A stretch of 64,000 nucleotides of DNA from Antedon mediterranea (Eukaryota; Animalia; Echinodermata), in the NCBI RefSeq assembly GCF_964355755.1, contig NC_092673.1, positions 6,882,001 through 6,946,000 of the forward strand, given 5' to 3'. Positions 1 to 13,600 of this stretch are shown here, one piece after another (positions within the stretch are counted from its first letter, which is position 1; every line of letters begins with the position of its first letter). The notes beneath the pieces were generated by a model. The model did not search any database. It was not told the origin of the DNA and saw only the letters and a list, made by a program, of their open reading frames with translations. The translations under genes were made by a program, and so were the position numbers.

Positions 1-356
1 CTGTATATGTCATTGTCCATTATAAATTGATACATATACATGCAAAATATATTTTATTTTTGGCTTATTCATCCAGGGTATAAACAAACAAGGCCAACAG
101 CCATAAGTCGTGTGCTAAAACGCATAGTGACAGACAGACAGACATAGTGAACTATAGAGTTGCGTCCACGCGACTAAAAACAAGTTAGATACAAAAAGAA
201 TTAACCCTGTTAGGCCAAAACTTCTCAGATACGGCTAGGACTATATCGTAGGTTGAGTGTACACATAATGCTCATTTTCACTTTTGAGATGAGTAGAGAT
301 GGCCTTAACACGGTAACAAAATCTCAAAATGTTAATAAAAACTTAGTTTGTCATAC

Positions 357-3300
357 TTTTCCAGATTTTCCTCGAAGTGCTGCTCGTTCAACCATGTGGT
401 TGTCAAAAGCCGTGCTTATCACACGTTCATCTCCTGCTTTACTCTCCGCTAGTTTACGATGAAGCTGTTTGTTTTCTTTACGCATTTTACTTATGGTCTC
501 ACGATTCTGGCTCATCGTCCATTGTGAGCTCTCGTAGTATGCTTTACGGTCACCATCTGTGAACAAAATACAGTATAATCAATTATTTGTTATTGTTTAT
601 TCATTATGTACCTCTCCCAGCGTTGTAAAGTGGGTCATACAATTGAAAAATGCATTATATAACTAGACATGAAACTCGTCACTTTGACGAGTTAGTTATC
701 CGCACGACAGATGCCACGTGCACGTCATACGTTAAAAACTATAATAAGAGGTGGTCCTGTATTTTCGCCTTGTAGCCTATTATAATTATACAGTACACTG
801 TGTATAAAAGGAGACATTAATTCTACATGATACAGAGGGCGGCAAACAACAATTTGCTCACATCAGAGACTATGCTGGTGTACATTGTACTACTGTATTA
901 TTATATGACATATTAACTGAATTATGGGACCTGCCTTTAATTCAAATATTTAACATGATGACGTCATAAAAAAAACAACACAACGATAGCAATTTCTGAA
1001 GAAAATTATCTTAGCAACAACATATTAACGTGTAGAAGAAATTTGAATACGTAAAATGTTGGTGCGCGCACATTTAAATGTGATGAACTATTACGCAAAA
1101 TATGAAAATACGACTTTTTTTATTCAACTGGCAATATGATGACGTCACAACATCCGATTGGCAAAATGTTTACATGAATTCGTATCTACAATCCTATAGC
1201 TTCCAGAAAACGTTTTAATCGTGATTATCACATTTTATTCTTACGAGCTATTACAGATTAAAATTTACTGTAAAGATGAAATTAATGACCCACGTAATTA
1301 AAATTTTTAGGCATGATGACGTTATAAAAATTAAAATATTTTTATCTCATGCTAAAGAAAGTTGATTAACCTAGACAATATATAAATATAGAAGAAAAAG
1401 AAATACAGATAAGCGTGATGCGCTCCATTGAATGTGATGAGCAATAACGAAACAGACAAAAATCCTATATTTTACATTCGTGTGGCCATACGATTACGTC
1501 ACAATGTTTTTTTAGCCTTATCGATGCATGATCCGATATCTGCAACTCATCAACTTCTAGATTTTGTAATAAAAATAAACGGTTCACGGTTTACTTTAGA
1601 AACTATGACTGTTTAAAAAAAGACATTATTTTGATGATTTTTTAAGCTTTTTCTTAAAAAACGCGCACAAATTGTCTAATTCAACGTGTTCGTATGGCGT
1701 TATTTAAACTGGAAAAGTTCTAAATTTTTTTCAAAATTACTAGGAAAGGCTTGAAAAATATAATTCAAGAGAAAAAAATATGTTTTTATCGCTACGTGCG
1801 CACCGCATGCGTAAAAAATCGCGCGCCCGTGGGAATTTTTGACATGCTCAAAATGACATGAAACGCGTAAAAAGTTGATTAGAAATTAATTTTGCGCATT
1901 TTGAAATTTTAAATGCGCGTGCGCGCGTAACTTCTTGTGAAACATGCCATTTTTAATCCGTAGAAAGTTGGCCCCTGATATGACTTAAATTTTGTCAAAG
2001 TGTCAATACTAAATGACTTTTGGTTTTTAATCTATGATCAATCATTGAAATTCATAAAATTGCGCGTAAGTCACGTTGCGCAACTATGACGTCATTCAAA
2101 AATAGGAGGTGCACAACTTCACGTAAATGCCCATATGTTGTCAAAGTTATGAAATGTTATGTTTACACATTTTAGAGAAACGCGACTCACAAAAAGGAAG
2201 GAAGGAAAGAAGAACTAGACATGAAACTCGTCACTTTGACGAGTTAGTTATCCGCACCACGACAAACGCCACGTGCACGTCATACGTTGGAATATTGCAC
2301 ACAGATAAAGATTATGGCATTATGACAAGAACTGAAGAATAAGATATGCTGTTAGTGCTGAATTCTGTCAACTTTGTGTCATATAGTATATACATGCAAA
2401 CAGTATAATCTGTATACATATTACATACAGTGTAGAATAGGTGAAATTACGGGACCCGTCATTTATTCCAATTTTTAACATGGCGACGGTATCAAAATGA
2501 AACACTTAGATAGCAATTTCAGAATGAAATTATCTCAGGAACAACATATTAACGTGTAGAAGAAATTTGAATACGTAAAATATAGATGCGCACCCTTTTA
2601 AATGTGATGAACTATTACGCAAAATATGAAAATACGACTTTTTTTATTGAACTGGCCATATGATGACGTCACAACATTCGATTGGCACAATTTTCACATG
2701 ATTTTGTATCTACTATACAATAGCTTCCTGTAAATGTTTTAATTGTGATTATCACATTTTATTCTTACGAGCTATAACAGATTGAAATTTACTGTAAAGA
2801 TGAAAATATGTGACCCACGTTATTTACATTTTTAGACATGATGACGTTAGAAAAATTAAAATGTATTTAACTCATGCGAAAGATAGTTGATTGACGGAGA
2901 CAATATTAAAATCTCGGGGGAAATGGAATACGTATAAGCGAGATGCGCTCTGTTGAATGTGATGAGCAATAACAAAAGAGACAAAAAAATCCTATATTTT
3001 ACATTCGTGTGGCCATACGAAGACGTCACAATGTCCGGTTAGCCATATTGATTCATGATCCGATATCTACAACTCATCAACTTCCAGAATATGTAATTAA
3101 AAAAAAGTTTACCTCGTAGTTTAGAATCTATGACTGTTTAAAAAAAGGCATAATTTTGACAAATTGTTGAACTTTTTCATTAAAAAGGCGTGCAAATTGA
3201 ACAATTCGACGTGCTCGTATGACGTAATTGGTTATCCGCTCTTGGCGGATAACCCCTTGTTATTGTCAGGATCTTTTTTTTCTTTTTTTTTTTTTTTTTT

Positions 3301-6300
3301 TTCTATCTTCTTCTTTCTTTCCACGAATTTTGTTCGCAGCGTATCTCTAATTCTGGCTAACAAATGATGGTATAACTTTGTCAAAAGATTGCCCTGTAGC
3401 TGTAGATGTGCAAGAAACTTTCTTTTTCAAATTTTGAGTCGCGCAGCGTAAGTTACGCGCGATTTTGTGAATTTCAATGATTGATCATAGAATAAAAACT
3501 AAATGTCGTTTTGTATTGAAACTTGGTGAAAATTTAAGTCTTATAATGCGCAAACTTTCTATGGATTAAAAATGGCATGTTTCACAAAAAGTTACGCGCG
3601 TACGCGCGTTCAAAATTTTAAAATGCGCAAAATTCATTTCTAATCAACTTTCTACGCGTTTCATGTCATTTTGAGCATTTCAAAAATTCCCACGCGTGCG
3701 CAATATTTTTACGCGCGCGTGCACACGTAGCGCAAAAACATCCCTTTTTTGCTTGATTTTTGTTTTTTCAGCCTTTTCTAGTAAATCTATAAATTTTAAA
3801 TCAATTTAGACTTAAAATTACGTCATACGAGCACGTAGAATTAAACAATTTGCGCGCATTTTTTATGAAAAAGTTCAAAAATTTGTCAAAATTATGCCTT
3901 TTTTTAAACTGTCATAGATTCTAAACTACGTGGTGAACTTTTTTATAATTACATATTCTGGTAGTAGATGAGTTGCAGATATCGAATGATGCATCAATAT
4001 GGCTAACCGGACCTTATGACGTCATCGTGTGGCCACTCGAATATAAAATAAAGGATTTTTTTCTCTTTCTTCATAGCTCGTTACATTAAATAGAGCGCAA
4101 CTCCACTTATCCGTGTTCCATTTTCTCCCATTTTTTTTATATTGTCTAGGTCAATCAATTATCTTTCGCACGATTCACCATTTTTTAAATTGTGATGACG
4201 TCATCATGTTCAAAAGCGTTAATAACTTTGGTCACTTATTTTCACCTATTCTGCACTGTATGTAGTACGTATTCAGTACATAGTGTTATTATATACCGTA
4301 TACTTAGAGGCGACACAAAATAGAGGGCGCACTAACATTTTTTTCAATGGCATAATCTTTTTTCTGCGCGCAATATTCTAACGTATGACGTTCGCGTGGC
4401 TTTTGCGCTGCGGATAACCTAACTCGTCCGTAGTGACGAGTTCAAATCTAGTTTTAAGTAGAAATTGTATAAAAATTGGTCAAATTACTATAAAAGGCTT
4501 ATAAAACATAATTCAGGCAAAAAAAAAATGTTTTAGCGCTACGTTCGCCACCGCGCGCGTAAAAATTTGCGCGCACGTGGGAATTTTTTACATGCGCAAA
4601 ATGTCATGAATCGCGTAAAAAGTTGATTAGAAATTAATTTTGCGCAATTTGAAATTTTGAATACGCGTGCACGCGTAACTTCTTGTAAAACGTGCCATTT
4701 TTAATCCACAAAAAGTTTGCCCCTGATATGACTTAAATTTTCACAAAGTGTCAAAACAAAATTATGCTTGGTTTTTAGTCTATGATCAATCATAAAAAAT
4801 CATAAAATCGCGCGTAAGTCATGTTGCGCAACTCTGACGTCATTCAAAAATAGGAGGTGCACAACTTCACGTAAATGCCCATATGTTGACAAAGTTATGA
4901 AATGTTATGTTTACAAGTTTTTGAGATACGTTCTGCACAAAAATGGGGGAGAAAGAAAGAAGCAGAAAAAGATCCAGGACGATTACAAGGAGTTATCCGC
5001 TCAATGCGGATAACTAACTAGACATGAAACTCGTCACTTTGACGAGTTAGTTATCCGCTCGACAAACGCCACGCGCACGTCATACGTTAGAATATTGCAC
5101 ACAGAAAAATATTAAGGCATTATGACCTGAACTGAAGAATATGATATGCTGTTAGTGCTGAATTCTGTCAATTTTGTGTCATATAGTATATACATGCAAA
5201 CAGTATAATCTGTATACATATTACATACAGTGTAGAATAGGTGAAATTACGGGACCCGCCATTTATTCCAATTTTTAACATGGCGACGGTATCAAAATGA
5301 AACACTTAGATAGCAATTTCAGAAGGAAATTATCTCAGGAACAACATATTAACGTGTAGAAGAAATTTGAATACGTAAAATATAGATGCGCGCCCTTTTA
5401 AATGTGATGAGCTATTACGCAAAATATGAAAATACGTCTTTTTTTATTCAACTGGCCATATGATGACGTCCCAACATCCGATTGGCAAAATGTTTACATG
5501 AATTCGTATCTACAATCCAATAGCTTCCAGAAAACGTTTTAATCGTGATTATCATATTTTATTCTGATGAGCTATAACAGATTAAAATTTACTGTAAAGA
5601 TAAATATAAGTGACCCACGTTATTTATATTTTTAGACATTATGACGTCATAAAAATAAAAAAATGTTTACTCTTGCGTAAGATAGTTGATTGACCTAGAA
5701 AATTTCAAAATCTGGGTTAAAATGGAATACGGATAAGTGGAGAGGCGCTCTATTAAATGAGATGCGCTATGACGAAAGATACAAAAATCCTATATTTTAT
5801 ATTCGCGTGGCCATACGATGATGTCACAATGTCCGGTTTGCCATATCAATGCATGATTCCTTATCTACAACTTATCATCTTCCTGGATATGTAATTTAAA
5901 CAAAGTTCACCTCGTAGTTTAGAATCTATGATTGTTTAAAAAAAGGTATAATTTTGACAAATGTTTGAACTTTTTCCTCAAAAACGCACATAAATTATCC
6001 AATTCGACGTGCCCGTATGACGTAATTTGAAGTCGAAATTGTTTCAAAGTTGGTAAAATTACTATAAAAGGCTTGAAAACATAAATCACGAGAGAAAAAT
6101 GGTTTTCAACGCTACGTTCGCACCGCGCGCGTAAAAAAAAGCGCGCGCGTGGGAATTTTTTACATGCTTAAAATGACATGAAACACGTAGAAAGTTGATT
6201 AGAAATTGATTTTTCGCATTTTGAATTTTAAATTAGCGTGCGCGCGTAACTTTGTGTAAAACACGCAATTTTTTATCCACAGAAAGTTAGCGCATGATAT

Positions 6301-7361
6301 AAATTAAACTTTTGCTAAGTTTCAATTTAAATTGTTATATGGTTTTAAATCTATGTTAAATACGCGAAATTCATAAAATTGTGCGTAAGTCACGTTGCGC
6401 ATTTCTGACGTCATTCACAATAGGAGGTGCACAACTTCACGTGAATGCCCATATGTTGACAAAGTTATGAAATGTTATGTTTACACGTTTTTTAGATACG
6501 CGAGACACAAAAATAGAGGAGAAATGCGCGTGCGCGCGTAACGTCTTGTAAAACATGCCATTTTTAATCCACACAAAGTTTTCCCTTGATATGACTTAAA
6601 TTTTCACAAAGTGTCAAAACAAATTTATGCTTGGTTTTTAGTCTATGATCAATCATAAAAAATCATAAAATCGCACGTAAGTCACGTTGCGCAACTCTGA
6701 CGTCATTCAAAAATAGGAGGTGCACAACTTCACGTAAATGCCCATATGTTGACAAAGTAATGAAATGTTATGTTTACAAGTTTTTGAGATACGCGAGACA
6801 CAAAAATGAGGGAGAAAGAAATAAGAAAAAAAAAAAAAAAAAGTAACAGGACGATTACAAGCAGTTATCCGCTACTAAGCGGATAACTAATAATACAGAA
6901 AAAAAATGTTGATCTCATACAATAACAAGGAGTTATCCGCTTGGTATACCAAGCGGATAACTAATTATGATTAATGAAAATGTAAATTCGTCATTCATAA
7001 TTCAATAATAACAAATAAAGAAGATGACCCGGCTGGGTGGGCGCCAGCACTGACTGCCACTGCTGCTGGCTAGTGTTGCTTGTAGTACACAGTGTTTACT
7101 CTAGAGGCTAGGCTTAGTTAGCTGCTAAATTAACTGTAAATGATATATAGGGTCAGGCCTAGCCTAGGCCCATCCAGACAAGCCTAGGCTACTTTCTAGG
7201 TCCGGGGCCTGGGCTGGTTGGGAAGACTAGCCTACGCGCGCGTCAAGCCTGGCACACCGTCATCAAACAATCAACCTACCCAACAAAGCTATCTTCCTTT
7301 GAAGCTCTGCAATTTCTTCCGTAATAGGCATATTTTTCTTTGGTTTAACTGCCCCAGGCAT
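357..7361 (-). CDS. ODAD3: Outer dynein arm docking complex subunit ODAD3/CCDC151, copy A; 5' part only (exons 7280-7361 and 357-556), continues beyond window start
   Basis: Exon 1 reads MPGAVKPKKNMPITEEIAELQRKIALL + G|gtaggt; exon 2 follows cag| and reads (D)GDRKAYYESSQWTMSQNRETISKMRKENKQLHRKL...RGKSGK|gtatga; phases are compatible. LQRKI.LL.GDRKA..ESSQW is the recognisable CCDC151 N-terminal motif. Confidence 0.88.
661..6964. mobile_element. Array of Helentron/HINE-type non-autonomous rolling-circle elements in ODAD3 intron 1 (copies at ~661-2212, ~2213-5015, an inverted copy nested at 3230-4451, ~5016-6890, extra terminus at 6931-6964)
   Basis: Repeated terminus AACTAGAcatgAAACTCGTCActtTGACGAGTTAGTTATCCGC at 661, 2213 and 5016; opposite terminus hairpin AGTTATCCGC..GCGGATAACT at ~4991, ~6863 and 6931; long internal homology; no ORF; T-rich insertion sites with no TSD. 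Confidence 0.75.
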
Positions 7362-7669
7362 GACTACAGTTAACAAGCTAGGTCTACGCCTAAACAGACT
7401 ACAAAATAACTAACAACTTGTGTACCAAAATGACAAAATGTTATGATAGACGACTTTTTGTTTGTGTAATTGTCATGACGACTCTCACACACAGAGGACG
7501 AATTTCGCAGTCCAAGTACGCCGCTAGAGGGCGGACTACAATCAAAAAGTTTCGTCAACAATGCAGTCATTGTTTTAGAGAAACCAGAAACTTTCTCAAC
7601 ATAATAATAATCAGTAGTCGCAATCTCGCATTAACATCAGCAAATCGCAACTCCCTGTAAACTTCAAAA
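7362..7669. promoter_or_regulatory. Bidirectional promoter between ODAD3-A and the adjacent + strand gene
   Basis: Only 308 bp separate the divergent ATGs; GC box GGGCGG at 7529-7534; X-box-like ATTGTCATGACGAC at 7469-7482. Confidence 0.55.
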
Positions 7670-10600
7670 ATGGAAAGGGAAACATTAGTTGAAGCTACCA
7701 TCGAAAATAATCTCGTTGCCAAACAAATAAAAGAGCAACATGAAAATAGTCTTTGCGTTTTCCCGTCTTCAAAAATACCGAATGGAAAAAAAGAAGTTGG
7801 ATTTGAGAGCGACAGATTGTGCAGTTTGTACGATGTAGACTTTGCTCCTAAACATTGTGTACCGTGTATGCCTCGACCATGTTCAGTTAACAGACGAAAT
7901 AATCCTCATCCGTCTCAAGTTAGTAGAAATGTCGAACAATAATTATAAATGTGTTTAACATTAATTCAAAAGTGTTTAGTATAGGCTTACTGACGTTAAC
8001 CTATATCATTATTTTCATTGATCGACTCACGAGATATAAGCTGAAGAAATTTGTTTTATCTTTTATTTGTCTTACCTGTATAATACAGGTAAATTTAACT
8101 TTCACATCTCTAAGTCAAGGGAGTACGTATTTATAGGCTTGCGGTTACGAAGACAAAAAACCTTTAGGCCTAAAAATAATGGAATTTAAAAAAAATATTA
8201 CGCTGTTTTTAATTATATACAATTTATATATTTAGACAACATTTTTTTTTTGCGCGCAAACTCATGAGAAAAATGAATAATATTTTTGTTTTTATGGCAT
8301 GGTAACACAGTTTGTCTTGTCTGAATGCGAATGTGTACAGTAATGGGACTCCCGTGGTTCATGATGTTTAACGTGGTGACGAAAACACTATTATCTAAAA
8401 AAAGAAAACAGGAGAATTAAAATTACTTTGATCGATTATCGTTGTAGAGATAGCGTGAGGGTTTGGTACGCAGCCGGATATTTATTAAATTAACTTTGAA
8501 AAAATGCGATTGTGTCCATGCATAAAGTTTGATTTTTCTACTTTTACAAAAAAAAAAAACAACAAACATCGTACTGACCAGATATTTTAAGTAGTAAGCA
8601 TCGTCCGAGAAAATATCCGCATTTTGTTGGCCGACCAAGTTTTTTAATTAAACGAAATACTTTAAACAATGGGGTATTTCCGAGTTATGAAATGACCAAA
8701 TTAAATCCCTTAAAAGATCAGGCCTCTAAAGAATTGCCAATTTACAAAATTGTAGTTATTCTACAGGAATGATAAAGTTGAAAGATCATTAAACATTTTT
8801 TTTTAATTGTCGGCAACAATTCTTTCTCATGAAAAAAAACCTTAAAAGACACATTTTAAATAGAAGATATTGGTATTATTTAATATTTTTGTTTACCTGA
8901 AAAAAAACACCGTCATTTAAAATCTATACAAATTATACGATATATTATTATGTTCCAATTTTGACGCATTAAATTACGTAAAAATCGGCTAACGGATAAC
9001 TGTATCTGTACTTAGTCTGTAACGCTCCAATGAGCAAGGTCGAATATCTCTATGACCTGTCCCTTAGCAACGTGTAATCAATCGCTGGGTTAAGTCTGTA
9101 GCGTGGGACTTAATGATGGCTGAGTGGACAAAACTTTTAAAATAGTTATAAAATATTGAGGCTAGATTGTATACTAACTAGGATTTGATCAACCATGGCT
9201 AGTGGCAGTCCATTGGTAGGTATAAATATGAGTGTGCGTTTCATTCTGAAATAATATATATACGTTACTTCATGGTAATGGTTGAGCAACACATGACAGT
9301 AGCGTTGCCGTTTTTGTTTACTTTTAAGGGTATCACAGTAAACAAAGGAATCTTATCTATAATATGCAAACAGCATTACAGTAGGGCTCTCCTTTCTTTG
9401 GGGGATACCCATATTCAGGTAACACTTCTATTAAGGGGACGACTTTCTTATGAAACAAACGAGGATCAAGATATACAAAATAACATTACGATCAACTCTC
9501 ATATGTTATGAGACACCTCTATTACAGTTTGCTGGGTCCTCATAGCGGTTCCACTGACCTTGTTAGTGACTTTTTAAAGATGTATTGTATCCCAAAATAA
9601 TAAAGTATAAATACATTTTTTTTTCTTCACAAAAAAGAATAAGAAATAATGATTTCACTAATATAAGTAAAAAACAGTTAAATGTAACCAGATACCACTG
9701 CCTGAATTACATCAGGCTTCCAGTTGTTATTTTTTACTGTACCTGTATAATTTACCTATATTATACAGGTAAGACAAATAAAAGATAAAACAAATTTCTT
9801 CAGCTTATATCTCGTGAGTCGATCAATGAAAATAATGATATAGGTTAACATCAGTAAGCCTATACTAAACACTTGTTTACATTTTTTTTCAGGCGAAATA
9901 TTTTATTATTGATAGATAACATAATACTGTAATTAAATTCATGAGAATTACAGTATATCATGTCCAAATATAGGCACATCACATTGAAATTTGATAATGT
10001 AGCAGAGCTTTACTTTATATTTATAGATGTTCATGACTTGGAAGGTACCAACACGGTTAATAATCAGTGAGCCTAGCTACGTACAACAGAAGCAGAAACT
10101 GATTACCGACAGCAATCAGCACTTCTATGAAGACATCAATGGAGCCAGGAAAAGTAATATAATTTTCGTATTTTTTAGAAAAGAATTTGAAGAATTAAAG
10201 ATGTATTGTCCCACAAAAACTGAGAAATGAAGATTAATTAAATTCAGACTTTGAATATGTTATTTTGTATAGTTTTAATAAAGTTAATCACTTCCGTAGA
10301 AAAAAAATAAATGAAACAAAATAATGTTTTCACTTATAAAATAAAATGACAAACTAAATGGAAATTTCACCAAAAGCCATTGGCAGCCAATTTGACCATT
10401 TTTTGCTTTAAATTACAGTTTTTTTCAGGTAAATACATTTTCTTTCGATATAATTTTTGGTCAAAGTGGATTATTATTATGTTACATTAAAATGGCATAT
10501 TCAAAAACAATTTTGTTAAGAATTATTTTTCAGGGGGACAATACATCTTTAATTTATATTCATTATTATAAAACATAGAATGTTACATACAGATCCAGGG

Positions 10601-13600
10601 AAACGAGGGGTTGGGGCCTCAGCTGGTGACCCGGACCACACTCAATTTCTGAAATTGCAATGTAACAGACATGACATTAGATCCTTCACGGATTAGTCTT
10701 TGTGCAAGCATCAGGGCTTGAATTGACTTCCAGTATGTAGTATTGTACAGCAGTATTGTACAATACAGTATTGTACAGTACAGTGTTGTACAGTACAGTA
10801 GTGTACAGTACAGTAGTGTACAGTATTGTACAGTACGGTGTTGTACAGTACGGTAGTGTACAGTACAGTGTACAGTACAGTAGTGTACAGTACAGTAGTG
10901 TACAGTACAGTAGTGTACAATACAGTACTGTACAGTACAGTAGTGTACAGTACAGTATTGTACAGTACAGTATTGTACAGTACAGTATTGTACAGTACAG
11001 TATTGTACAGTACAGTATTGTACAGTACAGTATTGTACAGTACAGTATTGTACAGTACAGTATTGTACAGTACAGTAGTGTACAGTACAGTAGTGTACAG
11101 TACAGTAGTGTACAGTAGTGTACAGTACAGTAGTGTACAGTACAGTTTGTCCATACAGTATTGTACAGTACAGTATTGTACAGTACAGTATTGTACAGTA
11201 CAGTATTGTACAGTACAGTATTGTACAGTACAGTATTGTACAGTACAGTATTGTACAGTACAGTATTGTACAGTACAGTATTGTACAGTACAGTATTGTA
11301 CAGTACAGTATTGTACAGTACAGTAGTGTACAGTACAGTAGTGTACAGTACAGTAGTGTACAGTAGTGTACAGTACAGTACAGTAGTGTACAGTACAGTA
11401 GTGTACAGTACAGTTTGTCCATACAGTATTGTACAGTACAGTATTGTACAGTACAGTATTGTACAGTACAGTATTGTACAGTACAGTATTGTACAGTACA
11501 GTATTGTACAGTACAGTATTGTACAGTACAGTATTGTACAGTACAGTATTGTACAGTACAGTAGTGTACAGTACAGTAGTGTACAGTACAGTAGTGTACA
11601 GTACAGTAGTGTACAGTACAGTAGTGTACAGTACAGTTTGTCCATACAGTATTGTACAGTACAGTATTGTACAATACAGTATTGTACAGTACAGTATAGT
11701 ACAGTACAGTATTGTACAGTACAGTAGTGTACAGTATTGTACAGTACAGTATTGTACAGTATATCAACATTTCTATCATTATTCTAAACATTGCTCCTAA
11801 ATTTTGCTTAAAGGCATTCTTAACATTGAATTTATTTTAACAGCGAAACAGTTTTTTTTTAGATTCAAAACATCTTATGGCCATATATAATTATTTTTCA
11901 AATAACATTTTCATAATTATGTAATAATTAAATTTCTCATAAATTGTCTGTGAAAAATTAACTGGCCACAACAATGGTCCAGTTACTAAGGTTTTACAGG
12001 CCAATCATGAGTTTTATTGACCACTTGTCCAGCAGACCTGTACTACAGTAAATAGAACATACACAATACACGTACAGCAGAACCCCTCCTTTGGGAAACA
12101 TCTCTATCCTATCTACACTATCAAACTTTATGCGACAACAAATATGATGTGCCCATATAAATGGACATGATGATGTCATATCACTACCATATTTGGGCAC
12201 ATCACACTTCCTTAAATAGGCATCACTATTTTTTAACACTCCAGCCAACCCCTATGTGACACTTTGTTTGTCCTAAAGGTGTCCCTGTAATGGGCGTTCT
12301 ATTATAGCCAATCCATCAAAAGTATTGTACACTATCTTAAACAATGAGACACAAGTTCTAAGAAAAAACACTAATAATAATTATTTGCATTGCTATAACA
12401 ACAGTACATAATAATTATTGCACTAGCTAGTACATACTATAAAAAAATATTGATTAGTTTAACTAATCAATATTTAATAGTTAATGTATATAGGTTTTAT
12501 AAATCCAACAAAAGCAGGGCTTCGTGAATTTAAATAGCGTACTGTCTGTGCTATCCAATTAACAAAAAAAACCAATATTTTAATAATAATAAATAATACA
12601 CGTTCTTATATAGCGCTTATATTGCACAAATTGCTTCACATTATTAGCCCGGCCTTTTTTAGGATTAAACAAACTCCCATAATGCAGGTCCATTTGTACA
12701 CCTGGGAGAAGAGAGAAAACGTAGTGTCTTGCCGAACGATAGAAGCAATGCAATGATTGTTGGATTCGGACTCACGATATCACGATCACGATGTCCAATA
12801 CGCTGCGCCACATGCCCTTATTTTACAGAAGCCTCCTTTGCGAATAATTTAACAATACATGTTTTAAAGCTCAGGTACAGGCATGAATTTTAAATATAAT
12901 ATCTAGTTAATTGTACATAAATCAAATAATTTTAATAGAAACCCAGACGAAAAAGCATGAATAAAATGGTCAAATACAAAATTTTGCAAAATTCTGCTAT
13001 AAAAACAGAGATGTTACTGTTTAATTTGAACTATCCCCCCACTGATAAGAAAGTGCTTATTTTCGACAAGCTCGTGTAACACAAATAAAATCTCAAAAAA
13101 TGTGAAACATAGGGGAAACTATAGATTGATAATTATTGGAATGTATATGATCAATATAAATGTTTTGCCCGCACCTAGCCTTTAACACTATCACCAATCA
13201 CTAATCAAGTCCATCTCATTCTCTGTTGTTTGCTGGAAGCTGTATGAAACAAAGTGTACAATTCAGCCCAGTAGGTTGTGTCGAGTCACAGATTACCCTA
13301 ACATTTGTATTTTACCCTATAAAGGGGACACTTAGGACAGAAAGTATCCCCTACAGTAATAGGGGTTTAACTGTACTTACATTTGCGTCTAAATGAGTAT
13401 TCTATGTCCATATTCTCTCTGTTTTCCTCTCTCACATCATAAGCTAATATTAAAACCGTGAAGGCCAAACAGCACACTAAGTAAACTGAATATATAAAGA
13501 ACTTTCACAATATTATATTAAAAGAGCGATGCACATTAAACAAGATAACATTACCATAACAAATGATTTATGTTATGGCAACTAAATCAATTTCTTAGTA

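Noticed and set aside
10619-11800. Long ORFs of up to 390 aa (YCTIL/YSTVL repeats)
   Set aside because: Artefact of a 15-bp satellite with few stop codons; open in several frames on both strands.
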